A stretch of DNA of 64,000 nt from Candidatus Latescibacterota bacterium (lineage in GTDB: Bacteria > Latescibacterota > UBA2968): positions 3,328,001-3,392,000 of the forward strand of contig OZ244960.1 of assembly GCA_965222605.1 (NCBI GenBank), read 5' to 3'. The notes beneath the pieces are model-generated. The model searched no databases. It worked only from the letters and a program-made list of their open reading frames with translations, and had not been told where the DNA came from. Made by a program: the position numbers and the translations under genes. This document shows positions 27,019 to 36,516 of this stretch, one piece after another; the stretch's first letter is position 1; every line of letters begins with the position of its first letter.

Positions 27019-30006
27019 TTAAAATCCCTCAAACTGGCTCAGGTCTGCAATGCCGTCGGGCAGGGCGGCGATGTGCTGGGCGAGGGCGAGGCGCGATTGT
27101 TTGAGGCCGGGATCATCGACCATGATGAGTACGTCTTCGAAGAAGCGGTTGATGGGGGCGCGCAATTCGGCCATGACCTGGATCAGGGCAGTGAGTTTGT
27201 CGTCGGATGTGTCCATTGTTTTGCGCGCGGCGAGATAGGCTTTGTGCAGTGCTCCGGACGCTTCTTCGGAGTCGCGGTCGGGATTGAGCTCGTAGTGTTC
27301 CGAGAGGTCGCGCACAATGCGTTTGCACCGCGCATGGGCGTGCAGAATATCGAGCCATTGATCGGAATGGATTTGCGCGGTAAATGCCCGGGCGGTCCGC
27401 TGGATTTGATAGGGGTCATCCAAATGCGCTGCAATCGCAGCGGAAATTGCGTCGTGGCGCAGGCCCTCATCTCGAAGGAGTACCTCGAGGCGGCGGATGA
27501 TGTAGTCAAAGGCTTCGTCGAGGGCTTCTCGTTTGACCACAACGGGCAAGTGATTGGCGGCTGCGTTGAGGCCATGGCGCAGTGAAAAATGCATTTTGTA
27601 ACCGAGGAGATTTGAAAGCAGGCCCAGGGTATCGCGTCTGAGACCATAGGGGTCGGCATTTGAGCGGGGTTTGATGCCCACGCCAAAAAGACCGGCGAGG
27701 CTGTCGAGACGGTCGGCTATTGAGACGGCGAGACCGGGTTGTGTTTGGGGCAGCGAGTCGCCCGGGAAGCGCGGATGGTAATGGTCTTCAATGGCGCGCG
27801 CAACAGCTTCTGTTTCACCGGAAGACAGGGCGTAGTAGCGGCCCATGATGCCTTGCAGAGAGGTCATTTCGACGACCATGCTGGTCGCCAGGTCAGTTTT
27901 GCACAATTTGGCCGCGCGCAGGGCCGTTTTTTTATTTTTTTCACGAAGATCAAGCGCGGCAGATAAGTCGCCGACGAGTTTTTCAACGCGGCGGGTTTTG
28001 TCGCGCATGGAGCCGAGTTTTTCTTGAAAGGTGAGGGTGTCCAGGCGCGGTAAAAAGTCGCCGAGTTTCTTGTTTGTGTCGTCTTCGTAAAAGAATCTGG
28101 CATCGGCATATCGGGCGCGAATGACGTTTTCATTGCCTTTGACGACGAGATCGGGGTTGTCGGGGATCCCGTTGCACACGGTGATGAAGTTGGGTTTGAG
28201 GTCGCCGTTTTCGTCGAGCATCGGGAAATATCGCTGGTGTTTTTTCATGACGGCGATGAGCATTTCGCGGGGTAGGGAAAGGCGCGTGCTTTCAAAGGTG
28301 CCGCAAAGCGCGTGCGGAGCTTCGACGAGGTCGGTGACTTCGTCGAGCAGGTCGGGATCGTCGGGTACGCTGCCGTCAATTTCCCGGGCCAGTGCTTCGA
28401 CTTGCTGTTTGATGGTTTCCCGCCGTTTGTCGCGGTTGACCACAATGCCTTGTTTTTGCATTTGTGCGCGATAGTCGGAAGCAGAAGCGATTTCGATTTC
28501 GGGAGAGGCATTGGGGCGCAGCCCGCGGCTCGTGCGACCTGCTATTGCGCGCGCATAGGTAAATGGAATGATTTGATCTCCAAAGAGAGCGACGATCCAG
28601 CGTAAGGGACGCGGATATGCAACCCCGTCGGAATGCCAGCGCATGGTTTTGCCAAAGCTGAGTTTGGCGATGAGTTCGGGTAGCAGTTCGGCAAGAATTT
28701 CCTGGGTTTTGCGCCCGTAAATGGTGATGCCTGCCCAGACGTAGTCGTCGCGCTGTTCCACTTCTGATGGATCAATGCCCTGTCCTCGGGCAAATCCCTG
28801 AAGTGCTCGGGTGGGGGTGCCATCACTGTCGTAGGCGATGCGGATGGCTGGTCCGCGCGCTTGTTTGTTTTCATCGGGTTGCCGCCCCTGCAGATTTTTG
28901 ACGATGGCGTATTGCCTGCGCGGTGTGCCGCTGACTTCAATGCTGTCATACGTGAGATTTGCTTCGCCGAGGTGTTCGGGTAGCAATTTTTCGAGTTGTG
29001 CTATCGCGCTGACCACATCGGCAGGTGGCAGTTCTTCAGTGCCAATTTCGAGCAGGAGATCGGCGGCATCTAATTCGGGCAGGTCTTTGGATTTTTCTGT
29101 TTCGGATACCAGTAGAGGCCTGTCCTTTGATTCTATAAGGGGATGCCCCTGGTCTTCGCGCTGTTTGACATAGGTTTCGGCTATTTGGCGCGAGAGGTCG
29201 CGCATTTGGGCAAAAAAACGGGCGCGTTCGGTTACGCCAATTGCGCCGCGCGTGTCGAGCAGGTTAAAGGTGTGCGAGCAGCGAATGACGTAGTCGTGTG
29301 CGGGTATGACGAGGTCGCGGTCGAGGGCTGCCTGGGCTTCGGCTACAAAGATGTCGTACATGGATTTGAGGCGGTTGACGTCAGCCCAATAGAACTCGTA
29401 GTTGCAATATTCTATTTCTTGTTTTTTCAGGATGTCGCCATACGTGACAGTGTTGTTCCACTGCAGTTGCCAGACTTCATCGACGCCCTGGAGATACATG
29501 GCAATGCGTTCGAGACCGTAGGTGATTTCAACGGCTACGGGATCGAGTTGCATGCCGCCGGCTTGCTGGAAATAGGTAAATTGCGTGATTTCCATGCCGT
29601 CTAACCACACTTCCCATCCCAGGCCCCATGCACCCAGGACGGGCGACTCCCAGTTGTCTTCGACAAAGCGGATGTCGTGCGCTTTGCAATCGAGGCCCAG
29701 GGCTTCGAGGCTTTTGAGATATAGTTCCTGTGGGTTGCCGGGATCTGGTTTGAGGATGACCTGATACTGGGTGTGCATTTGCATGCGGTTGGGGTTTTCA
29801 CCAAAGCGCCCATCGTCGGGGCGATAGGAGGGTTCAACATAGGCCACGTTCCACGGTTCGGGTCCGAGTACGCGCAATACAGTGGCGGCGTTCATGGTGC
29901 CTGCGCCTACTTTTTCGCTGTAGGGTTGCCATATTATACAGCCGTTGTCGGCCCAGAAGCGCTCGAGGCGCATGATCAGGTCTTGAAAATTCAGGTTGTT
30001 GCTCAC
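27019..30006 (-). CDS. glyQS: glycine--tRNA ligase, fused alpha + beta subunits
   Basis: [31 protein letters not shown], then [11 protein letters not shown] and DPYGLRR in one ORF; RBS GAGG before GTG 30006. Confidence 0.95.
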   Translation of the reverse strand: MSNNLNFQDLIMRLERFWADNGCIIWQPYSEKVGAGTMNAATVLRVLGPEPWNVAYVEPSYRPDDGRFGENPNRMQMHTQYQVILKPDPGNPQELYLKSLEALGLDCKAHDIRFVEDNWESPVLGAWGLGWEVWLDGMEITQFTYFQQAGGMQLDPVAVEITYGLERIAMYLQGVDEVWQLQWNNTVTYGDILKKQEIEYCNYEFYWADVNRLKSMYDIFVAEAQAALDRDLVIPAHDYVIRCSHTFNLLDTRGAIGVTERARFFAQMRDLSRQIAETYVKQREDQGHPLIESKDRPLLVSETEKSKDLPELDAADLLLEIGTEELPPADVVSAIAQLEKLLPEHLGEANLTYDSIEVSGTPRRQYAIVKNLQGRQPDENKQARGPAIRIAYDSDGTPTRALQGFARGQGIDPSEVEQRDDYVWAGITIYGRKTQEILAELLPELIAKLSFGKTMRWHSDGVAYPRPLRWIVALFGDQIIPFTYARAIAGRTSRGLRPNASPEIEIASASDYRAQMQKQGIVVNRDKRRETIKQQVEALAREIDGSVPDDPDLLDEVTDLVEAPHALCGTFESTRLSLPREMLIAVMKKHQRYFPMLDENGDLKPNFITVCNGIPDNPDLVVKGNENVIRARYADARFFYEDDTNKKLGDFLPRLDTLTFQEKLGSMRDKTRRVEKLVGDLSAALDLREKNKKTALRAAKLCKTDLATSMVVEMTSLQGIMGRYYALSSGETEAVARAIEDHYHPRFPGDSLPQTQPGLAVSIADRLDSLAGLFGVGIKPRSNADPYGLRRDTLGLLSNLLGYKMHFSLRHGLNAAANHLPVVVKREALDEAFDYIIRRLEVLLRDEGLRHDAISAAIAAHLDDPYQIQRTARAFTAQIHSDQWLDILHAHARCKRIVRDLSEHYELNPDRDSEEASGALHKAYLAARKTMDTSDDKLTALIQVMAELRAPINRFFEDVLIMVDDPGLKQSRLALAQHIAALPDGIADLSQFEGF

Positions 30007-30113
30007 GGTTGGTTCCTCAGTTGGTGGATCGTGGCCAGAGGTCAAAGGCCAAATGATACTCTGATTTTTGGTTTATGTCAACTTGTGGTCGGTTTTCACA
30101 CGTTTTTTTCTTC

Positions 30114-30205
30114 TTGCAAAAGCCAATGTTCTCGCCTATATTTTGAGCAGATGACGACTGGCAAAATAGAATACCAACGCTCCCTCAATGGGGGCGTTTT
30201 TTTTT
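30114..30205 (+). promoter_or_regulatory. pyrB promoter plus attenuator-like terminator
   Basis: TTGCAA-N17-TATATT; hairpin AACGCTCCC-TCAAT-GGGGGCGTT then T-run to 30205, upstream of the pyrB RBS. Confidence 0.65.
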
Positions 30206-30220
30206 GCGAGGAGGTAAGAG

Positions 30221-31147
30221 ATGGACAGTCTGTTTCACGTAATTGAGGCGCAGCAATTTAGTCGAGATATCATGGATGAGATTTTTGGTGCGACGCGAGA
30301 GATGGAGAATGTGGTCAGCCGTTATGGTTCAAATATTTTGAATCGGCGAATTATGGCGACTTTGTTTTACGAACCGAGCACGCGCACGCGGTTGTCTTTT
30401 GAAGCGGCGATGTATCGCCTGGGCGGCGAGGTGATTACTACAGAGAGCGCGCGGGAGTTTTCTTCGGCGGCAAAGGGTGAGACGCTCGAAGATACGATCC
30501 GGATTGTAGAGGGGTATGCCGATGTGATTGTGTTGCGTCACTACGAGAGCGGCTCTGCGCGGCGGGCAGCAGAGGTGGCGAGGGTTCCCATTCTCAATGC
30601 GGGTGATGGACCGGGGCAGCATCCCACACAGGCACTTTTAGATGTGTACACGATTCAGAAAGAGATCGGCAGGTTAGATGGTATTCATGTGGCATTGGTC
30701 GGCGATCTGGCCAATGGTCGCACGGCGCGTTCGCTGGCTTATTTGTTGACAAAGTACGAAGATGTGAAGTTGTATTTTGTCGCGCCAGAGATGGTGCGTA
30801 TGAGAGATGATATCAAAGGGTATCTGACAGATCACGGGGTGGCGTTTGAGGAAGAAGACGACCTGATGAGGGTTATGTCGAAGGTGGATGTGGTGTATCA
30901 GACGCGGATTCAGCGCGAGCGGTTTGGCGACCGGATACAAGATTATGAACGGGCGCGAGGGAAATATATTATCGATGTGGAGACGATGTCGACGCTTTCG
31001 GATCATGCGATTGTGATGCACCCTTTGCCCCGGGTGGGTGAGATTGATCCGGCGGTTGATACAGACCCGCGTGCTGCATATTTTCGCCAGGCACACAACG
31101 GTGTTTTTATTCGCATGGCGCTGTTGCAGATGGTGTTGGAAGCGTGA
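30221..31147 (+). CDS. pyrB: aspartate carbamoyltransferase catalytic subunit
   Basis: FYEPSTRTRLSFE, NAGDG..HPTQALLD, MHPLPR. Confidence 0.97.
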   Translation: MDSLFHVIEAQQFSRDIMDEIFGATREMENVVSRYGSNILNRRIMATLFYEPSTRTRLSFEAAMYRLGGEVITTESAREFSSAAKGETLEDTIRIVEGYADVIVLRHYESGSARRAAEVARVPILNAGDGPGQHPTQALLDVYTIQKEIGRLDGIHVALVGDLANGRTARSLAYLLTKYEDVKLYFVAPEMVRMRDDIKGYLTDHGVAFEEEDDLMRVMSKVDVVYQTRIQRERFGDRIQDYERARGKYIIDVETMSTLSDHAIVMHPLPRVGEIDPAVDTDPRAAYFRQAHNGVFIRMALLQMVLEA

Positions 31148-31156
31148 CTGAGGGGT

Positions 31157-31582
31157 TTAAGATAGCGTCCCCAGGTCCCTTTCAAATACCAGGATCACAA
31201 TGGCGCCAGAGATCGATTCCGTCACGGCAATTCGACTTTGTTTGTTGTAGAAAAAACCCAAAAAATTTCTTCCTGACGTGGAAAACGCAATTTCAAGTTT
31301 CGAATTTACAGCGTATTTTCCATTTGTCTCCCATACACTCCGATTCGGGCTGCCAAAGCTGGCAAATAAGCGATAGGTTCTGTCTGGGTTCAATTCAATA
31401 AGTCCTGTAGGCGGATTTTCTTCTGATTCACGATTCAGATAGACGAGGGCGCGTCCGCGGCCCGAGTCAATTGTAACCGCCTGCAATATATAAACTCCCG
31501 CCACCGCCTGCGGCGATGTGGGCGACTCTGTGCCACAGGTAATCAAGAGCAATCCCAAAAAAATAAGCGCGATCTGTTTCAT
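31157..31582 (-). CDS. hypothetical lipoprotein (lipocalin-like beta fold)
   Basis: MKQIALIFLGLLLIT-C lipobox-like signal; VAGVYILQAV. Confidence 0.6.
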   Translation of the reverse strand: MKQIALIFLGLLLITCGTESPTSPQAVAGVYILQAVTIDSGRGRALVYLNRESEENPPTGLIELNPDRTYRLFASFGSPNRSVWETNGKYAVNSKLEIAFSTSGRNFLGFFYNKQSRIAVTESISGAIVILVFERDLGTLS

Positions 31583-31631
31583 GACAACCGGTCCCCAGGT
31601 GCCCATTTCCGTTCAAAACCATTGGATTCGT

Positions 31632-31687
31632 ACAATTTTTAGCTAATTTCTGTTGAAATCATGACAATTTTTAGCTATTTTTTGTTG
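31632..31687. repeat. two imperfect 24-bp direct repeats (32-bp period), possible operator
   Basis: ACAATTTTTAGCTAATTTCTGTTG and ACAATTTTTAGCTATTTTTTGTTG. Confidence 0.6.
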
Positions 31688-31724
31688 GAGAGAGGAAATT
31701 CACACCTTCAGAAAGCGGTTAAGC

Positions 31725-33053
31725 ATGATACAAAGAGATCTGGAAAAACGTCTGATTGCACATATAGCCCATCGCGTTGAGCATCCAAATGTCGCTCTGT
31801 TGGAGGGCGCGCGGCAGGTTGGCAAGACTACGCTTGTAGAAGCTATCAGACCGAAACTCGACCGCGAGATTCTCTACTTGAATTTGGAGGAGGACAGCCG
31901 CGCGGTTTACGACCTCAATTCTTGTGAGGATTTTGCAGAGTTTGAGACGTATCTTGCGACTGTGTACCAGTTCAAAGGCGATGGGCAGCGCGTTCTGTGT
32001 ATTGATGAGGCGCAAGAGAGTTCTGTGCTGGGTGGATTTGTGCGGTTTATGAAAGAAAAATGGCAGCACACACCGGTTATTCTTACGGGCAGTTCTATGT
32101 CGCGCATCTTTGGGCCAGAGACGCGCTTTCCCGTTGGAAGAGTCACGCGATTTTTGCTGCAACCCTTCAGTTTTAGAGAGTTTCTTCGCTGTGGCAAAGA
32201 GGAAGAATTGCTCGCTTTTGAAGATCTCTTTCAGATACCCCTGTTCTTACATGAACGCCTTCTCAAATACGTGCAGTCGTATCTCAATGTGGGAGGGCTA
32301 CCGGCGGTTGCGTCATCGTTTTTTGACCAGATGGATTGGCGGCAGTTGCGTCGGGATTTGTATCTCGACTATCGCAGTGATTTTGCCAGAATTTTTTCGG
32401 CAACTGAAGCATCTTTATTCGATCAGTGTTTGCGCGGTGTGGCATCAAATCTCGGTAGCCCGAGCAAGTACGCACAGATGGTTCGGACCACATCTGCTCT
32501 TTACAGGAGAGTACCGGATTTTCTGGCGTTACTCGAGTCGTGGAAACTGATTTACAAGTCCAATATCCAGGGCACGCGCCCAGAGCAGCAGGGTTTTTCG
32601 CCCAAACGCTATCTTTACGATCCGGGATTGGCCAATGATTTGCGACTGACTGCGCTGCCGCGTATCGATATTCTCTCAAGTCTCGATGCCGCCCATCGCA
32701 CGCCCCTTGGGGGTATTATCGAGAATATGCTGGCGACTGAACTCGTGGCGTTGGGACAGGATTTGACGGGTTGGAAAAAAGGCGTCAATAGTTCCGAAGT
32801 CGATTTTATTTTTCGCACGGCATTGGGCGATACCATACCCATCGAATGCAAAGCGTCGCTTGTTACAAGACCGCGAGATACAGGTGGTCTGTCAGAATAC
32901 GCTGCGCGACATGAGAGCAAGTTGGGCGTTCTGGTCAATCTCGACATACCGGGAAAACTCACGACATCTACAGGGCTAAACGCGATCCACATACCGATTT
33001 ATCTGATTGATCGGCTTGCTGAAGTAATAGAAGGCGAGATGAAAAGTTCTTAA
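31725..33053 (+). CDS. AAA_14 ATPase with DUF4143 domain
   Basis: GARQVGKT, IDEAQ, LTGSS, FPVGRV, GGLP, KRYLYDPGL, EVDFI..PIECK. Confidence 0.9.
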   Translation: MIQRDLEKRLIAHIAHRVEHPNVALLEGARQVGKTTLVEAIRPKLDREILYLNLEEDSRAVYDLNSCEDFAEFETYLATVYQFKGDGQRVLCIDEAQESSVLGGFVRFMKEKWQHTPVILTGSSMSRIFGPETRFPVGRVTRFLLQPFSFREFLRCGKEEELLAFEDLFQIPLFLHERLLKYVQSYLNVGGLPAVASSFFDQMDWRQLRRDLYLDYRSDFARIFSATEASLFDQCLRGVASNLGSPSKYAQMVRTTSALYRRVPDFLALLESWKLIYKSNIQGTRPEQQGFSPKRYLYDPGLANDLRLTALPRIDILSSLDAAHRTPLGGIIENMLATELVALGQDLTGWKKGVNSSEVDFIFRTALGDTIPIECKASLVTRPRDTGGLSEYAARHESKLGVLVNLDIPGKLTTSTGLNAIHIPIYLIDRLAEVIEGEMKSS

Positions 33054-33114
33054 TCATTAATCAACCCTATCAATAAAGCTGTCATTACAATCAATCGGGG
33101 CCATCAACAGCGCC

Positions 33115-33248
33115 GTCATTGCGGCATGGTATAAACTGGCCTGGGGAGCGGCCAGTTATGCTCGAATTACTCGCCTTCATACCCCGTCGTAGGGGACGGT
33201 CCCCGTGCTGTCCCGTGTGTCATCGCGGCATGACTTTAGCCGCGATCC
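33115..33248. repeat. cluster of palindromic repeats, including a GTAG-type REP
   Basis: GTCATTGCGGCATGGT (33115), GTAGGGGACGGTCCCCGTGCTGTCCC (33189), GTCATCGCGGCATGACTTTAGCCGCGATCC (33219). Confidence 0.6.
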
Positions 33249-33310
33249 AGCATGCATAATTATTGAGATTGATTGCTATATTCAGACAGTATTTAAAAAT
33301 CACCGTGTTA

Positions 33311-33964
33311 TCAAGGAATAAGTTTTTCAGGATCGTCAGCCGGTATAGGAATGGAACCGAGTTCTATAAGGTGGGCGTTATCAGGTGAGTTCAGAGCAAA
33401 TACCGGCTTGTCTTGAGCGAGCGCGTCCTTGCATAGCGTCTCTGTTTTGCCGCCCGGTTCCGCATGGGCGATAAGGATGCGGTCGGCGAGTGCGGCGATG
33501 TGTGCGTTGCGCTGGACTGCTATGGCTGAGGTCGGGCGATGGATGTTGCCGTTGAAAAAGGAAAGGATTAGCATGCGTCCTTCGGCGAGCGGTTTCTTCC
33601 AGTTTTTCGGAGTTCGCATGCGGTTGAGTCCCCGCGCCGGGCAGACGACAACGGGTGCCGTGCCCCGCAACAGGAGATCCAGGCATTCCTTTTCCATTGG
33701 TGACTGAAAACCGCCGATGATCGTCGCGTCTGTATCTCGGAGTGATCGTGCAAGGTCGTAGGTCTTAAGGATTGCGTCTCCAGGAGAGCGCACCGAGCAG
33801 AAGAAGCCGAGCAATGTACTGTCGAGTACATTGAGGTTCCCCTGCGCTGTGACCGTCAATAGCTGCCCATCATTCGAACAACGCTGTAATGCCGCTGGAT
33901 AGTCAGGAGTATCGGGCATTAGAAGTATTTTGTTCTCAGGATTCATAGCAAATTTATGAATCAA
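33311..33964 (-). CDS. DprA/Smf-like (SLOG fold) protein
   Basis: GNLNVL..LLGFFCS, IGGFQSPMEKECL, QRNAHIAALAD.ILIAHAEPGGKT. Confidence 0.8.
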   Translation of the reverse strand: MIHKFAMNPENKILLMPDTPDYPAALQRCSNDGQLLTVTAQGNLNVLDSTLLGFFCSVRSPGDAILKTYDLARSLRDTDATIIGGFQSPMEKECLDLLLRGTAPVVVCPARGLNRMRTPKNWKKPLAEGRMLILSFFNGNIHRPTSAIAVQRNAHIAALADRILIAHAEPGGKTETLCKDALAQDKPVFALNSPDNAHLIELGSIPIPADDPEKLIP

Positions 33965-34179
33965 CTGATCTCGCCGGTTGAGTTGTCTTCAAAGACGACC
34001 TTTTTAAACGTTTCTGGATCATCCAGCCGCTTCATGGCGTCGAGAATTTCGATGCCCGCGAGGCGGTCTGCCTCATCGTAATCCAGCGCAATTCCGTCTT
34101 CGAGATGTTTCGTTGTCACGGTTGTTTCTTTGAAGCAAATGTACAGTGCATCCACTTCCCGGTCATAAGATATTTTCAT
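33961..34179 (-). CDS. DUF2283 protein (putative antitoxin)
   Basis: MKISYDREVDALYI...DYDEADRLAGIEILDA. Confidence 0.88.
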   Translation of the reverse strand: MKISYDREVDALYICFKETTVTTKHLEDGIALDYDEADRLAGIEILDAMKRLDDPETFKKVVFEDNSTGEIS

Positions 34180-34280
34180 TGTTTTCTTCTCAAAAAATAG
34201 GTGACTACTGCATCAGGATAAAAAGGGCTGTCCATATCGATCTTGCGCTTGTCATTACGGGCGTTGTACGTACGCTTATC

Positions 34281-34338
34281 GTCATTGCGGCATGGTTTTA
34301 GCCGCCACGCCGAAGGCACAACGAAGTAATCCAGAAGG
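34281..34338. repeat. palindromic repeat copy
   Basis: GTCATTGCGGCATGGTTTTAGCCGC...AATCCAG, same family as 22167 and 33219. Confidence 0.65.
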
Positions 34339-34350
34339 TTTTGGTTGTTA

Positions 34351-34617
34351 TTACTGACGTTGCGCGGCGTCGTACCATGCCTGCATTCGCAATAGTGTGT
34401 CCATCCTGATGCCGAAGGCTTTCTCAATACGCAGTGCCATCTCAGCAGATAAGGTGGTATTGCTGTTCAGCAGGTCGGAAAGGATGGCTCGATGCACGCC
34501 CAGAATCTCGGCTGTCCTCGCGACGCTCAATCCCAATTCCTCGACAATTTCCGTGCGGATGAAATCGCCGGGATGCGAAGGCGTCATGGTTATATTAATG
34601 CCGTTGTCAGCCATCAT
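34351..34617 (-). CDS. higA: HigA-family antitoxin (no HigB neighbour)
   Basis: PSHPGDFIRTEI, LSAEMALRIEKAFG, LLRMQAWYD. Confidence 0.85.
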   Translation of the reverse strand: MMADNGINITMTPSHPGDFIRTEIVEELGLSVARTAEILGVHRAILSDLLNSNTTLSAEMALRIEKAFGIRMDTLLRMQAWYDAAQRQ

Positions 34618-34632
34618 TGTATATTCCTCAAA

Positions 34633-36516
34633 TCATTTGTTGCCTCCGATTCCCATTTCGGTCAGGAACTGGGACGGTGCCTTCGGGTATCCGTAGTACT
34701 GTGTAGATCTCGTGAGTGTCAGCGTTTCCTCAACTCGCGTGATGGCTACGAAGCAGTTTCTCCGCTCCTCTTCAACCTCCTGGCTCGTTTCCCCCTTTTG
34801 CAGTGCGTAATATGATGGGAGTACCTCTTGTGCCATGCCAATTAAATAGACATGCTTGAACTCTAGGCCCTTCGCGCCATGCATGGTCATACAGCGCACG
34901 GCGTTCGGCCCTGGACGAGGTGTTTTCGAAGTGAGATCCATCTGTTGAAGATAGGCATTTAAGGTCAAGTTGCCGTGATTATACTCGCGGACGATCTCGT
35001 CATGCAGATTTTGCCAGGTCGTCACCTCATCGGCGACATCCCGGTCATTTTTTTCCCTCCACAATTGCCAGCCCTGATGGAGGAACCAATCGATAATTTC
35101 CAGAAAGGCGAGTGAATCCACGAGGTCTGAACGAATGCGAGTTAATGCGGCACATCCTGTTGTATCTGTAGATGCCGCATCAGCCCACGCACGCAGGAAA
35201 TCTCCACCCACAAGCACGGCATCTGCGACCACATCGTCAACCTCAAGCGTCTGCCCGGACAGCTTCTTCCACGCGAGACAGAGCCGTCGCAGGATATCGC
35301 GGTCGTGGCGCCCATTGGCTAAACGAAGGGCCTCGACCATCACACACACGGAAGCCGACTCGAAGTCGCTCTTTTGTCGCGCCAGATATGCTTCATAACC
35401 AGCATCGCGCAGAGCGTCTGCTGCACGCTCAATCAACTTCACGGATCGCCCCAGGACCACGCACTCCTCACCTCGGAGATCACGAGCATGAATATCTATC
35501 GGAATGAACGCCGCTTCTTTTTCTGGCGACGCGAAGGCACCATAGCGAACAGGGTTGCTATTCAGGCCCATCCTGGATCGAGCTGTGATGGGTGTCTTGC
35601 CCTGAGTGCGCATGCGATTATGAGCAATGAGGCGATTGGCAAGCTTGATGATGGGCGCGGGACAACGATAGCATTCTGGAAGTTGGATCACATCCATCTC
35701 GTAGTCCCGCTGTAGATGCGCGAGCCGTTCTGGACTTGCGCCATTCCATTGATAGATGATCTGATCGTCGTCCCCGACCACGAAGAGGTTGTGTCGCTTA
35801 TCGGGTGCAATCAGCCGGAGCAAATCGTATTGTGCTTTGTTGGTGTCTTGGAACTCATCAACACAAACGTGGGTCCAACCAATTCGCACCACTCGTGCGA
35901 CGCCAGGCTTCTCTTCCAAAAGCTGTCGAGCGAAGTGAAGCAAACTTCCGAAGTCGAGCCGGTTACTGGCTAAGAGAGTATCGCAGTAGCTCACAAAGAG
36001 ATGTGGGAGCCAATCCGGCGTGTGAATAAGCGATGGCGCGTCTCCGCACCCGTCATAGGACTCCGCAAAAAGGCGTTCAATGAGGCTGAGGAGATTTTTG
36101 CGATCCGTCGGCAATGGCGTTTCATAATCGGGCAAACCAGCTATAACCTCGTCGAGGATGGCGATTTGGTCCTGGTCTTGCGTGATCAAACTAAAGTCGG
36201 GCCGTAGTCCCAAATGACTTCCGTGCTGACGCAGTATAGCGGCTGCAAAGGAATGAAATGTGTGCAAACGAGCGCGACTTGTGCGTTCGCCGAGAAGCGC
36301 ATCTACGCGCTCGCGCATCTCGACGGTAGCCTTGTTCGTAAAGGTGAGCGCGAGTGCTGCCACGTCCTCGCGTTCTTCAAGCAATCGTGCGACGCGGAAT
36401 GTTAAGACGCGCGTCTTGCCAGAACCCGGACCCGCCAGGACCAGAAGCGGTCCGCTGTTCCACGATACGGCAGTGCGCTGATTCTCATTGAGGCCATTGA
36501 GATCAATCGGCATCAT
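34633..36516 (-). CDS. gajB: UvrD-like helicase, Gabija GajB-type
   Basis: AGPGSGKT, VDEFQDTN, GDDDQIIYQW, TMHGAKGLEF, EERRNCFVAITR; ATGA-coupled to the OLD nuclease gene. Confidence 0.8.
   Translation of the reverse strand: MMPIDLNGLNENQRTAVSWNSGPLLVLAGPGSGKTRVLTFRVARLLEEREDVAALALTFTNKATVEMRERVDALLGERTSRARLHTFHSFAAAILRQHGSHLGLRPDFSLITQDQDQIAILDEVIAGLPDYETPLPTDRKNLLSLIERLFAESYDGCGDAPSLIHTPDWLPHLFVSYCDTLLASNRLDFGSLLHFARQLLEEKPGVARVVRIGWTHVCVDEFQDTNKAQYDLLRLIAPDKRHNLFVVGDDDQIIYQWNGASPERLAHLQRDYEMDVIQLPECYRCPAPIIKLANRLIAHNRMRTQGKTPITARSRMGLNSNPVRYGAFASPEKEAAFIPIDIHARDLRGEECVVLGRSVKLIERAADALRDAGYEAYLARQKSDFESASVCVMVEALRLANGRHDRDILRRLCLAWKKLSGQTLEVDDVVADAVLVGGDFLRAWADAASTDTTGCAALTRIRSDLVDSLAFLEIIDWFLHQGWQLWREKNDRDVADEVTTWQNLHDEIVREYNHGNLTLNAYLQQMDLTSKTPRPGPNAVRCMTMHGAKGLEFKHVYLIGMAQEVLPSYYALQKGETSQEVEEERRNCFVAITRVEETLTLTRSTQYYGYPKAPSQFLTEMGIGGNK

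Noticed and set aside
30151-30220. PyrR-binding loop in the pyrB leader
   Set aside because: No AGUCCAGAGAGGCU-like consensus is visible.
33311-33964. DprA-like gene as a competence gene or as ShosA of ShosTA
   Set aside because: It is short, lacks the usual extra DprA domains, and has no neighbouring phosphoribosyltransferase toxin or ComM gene.
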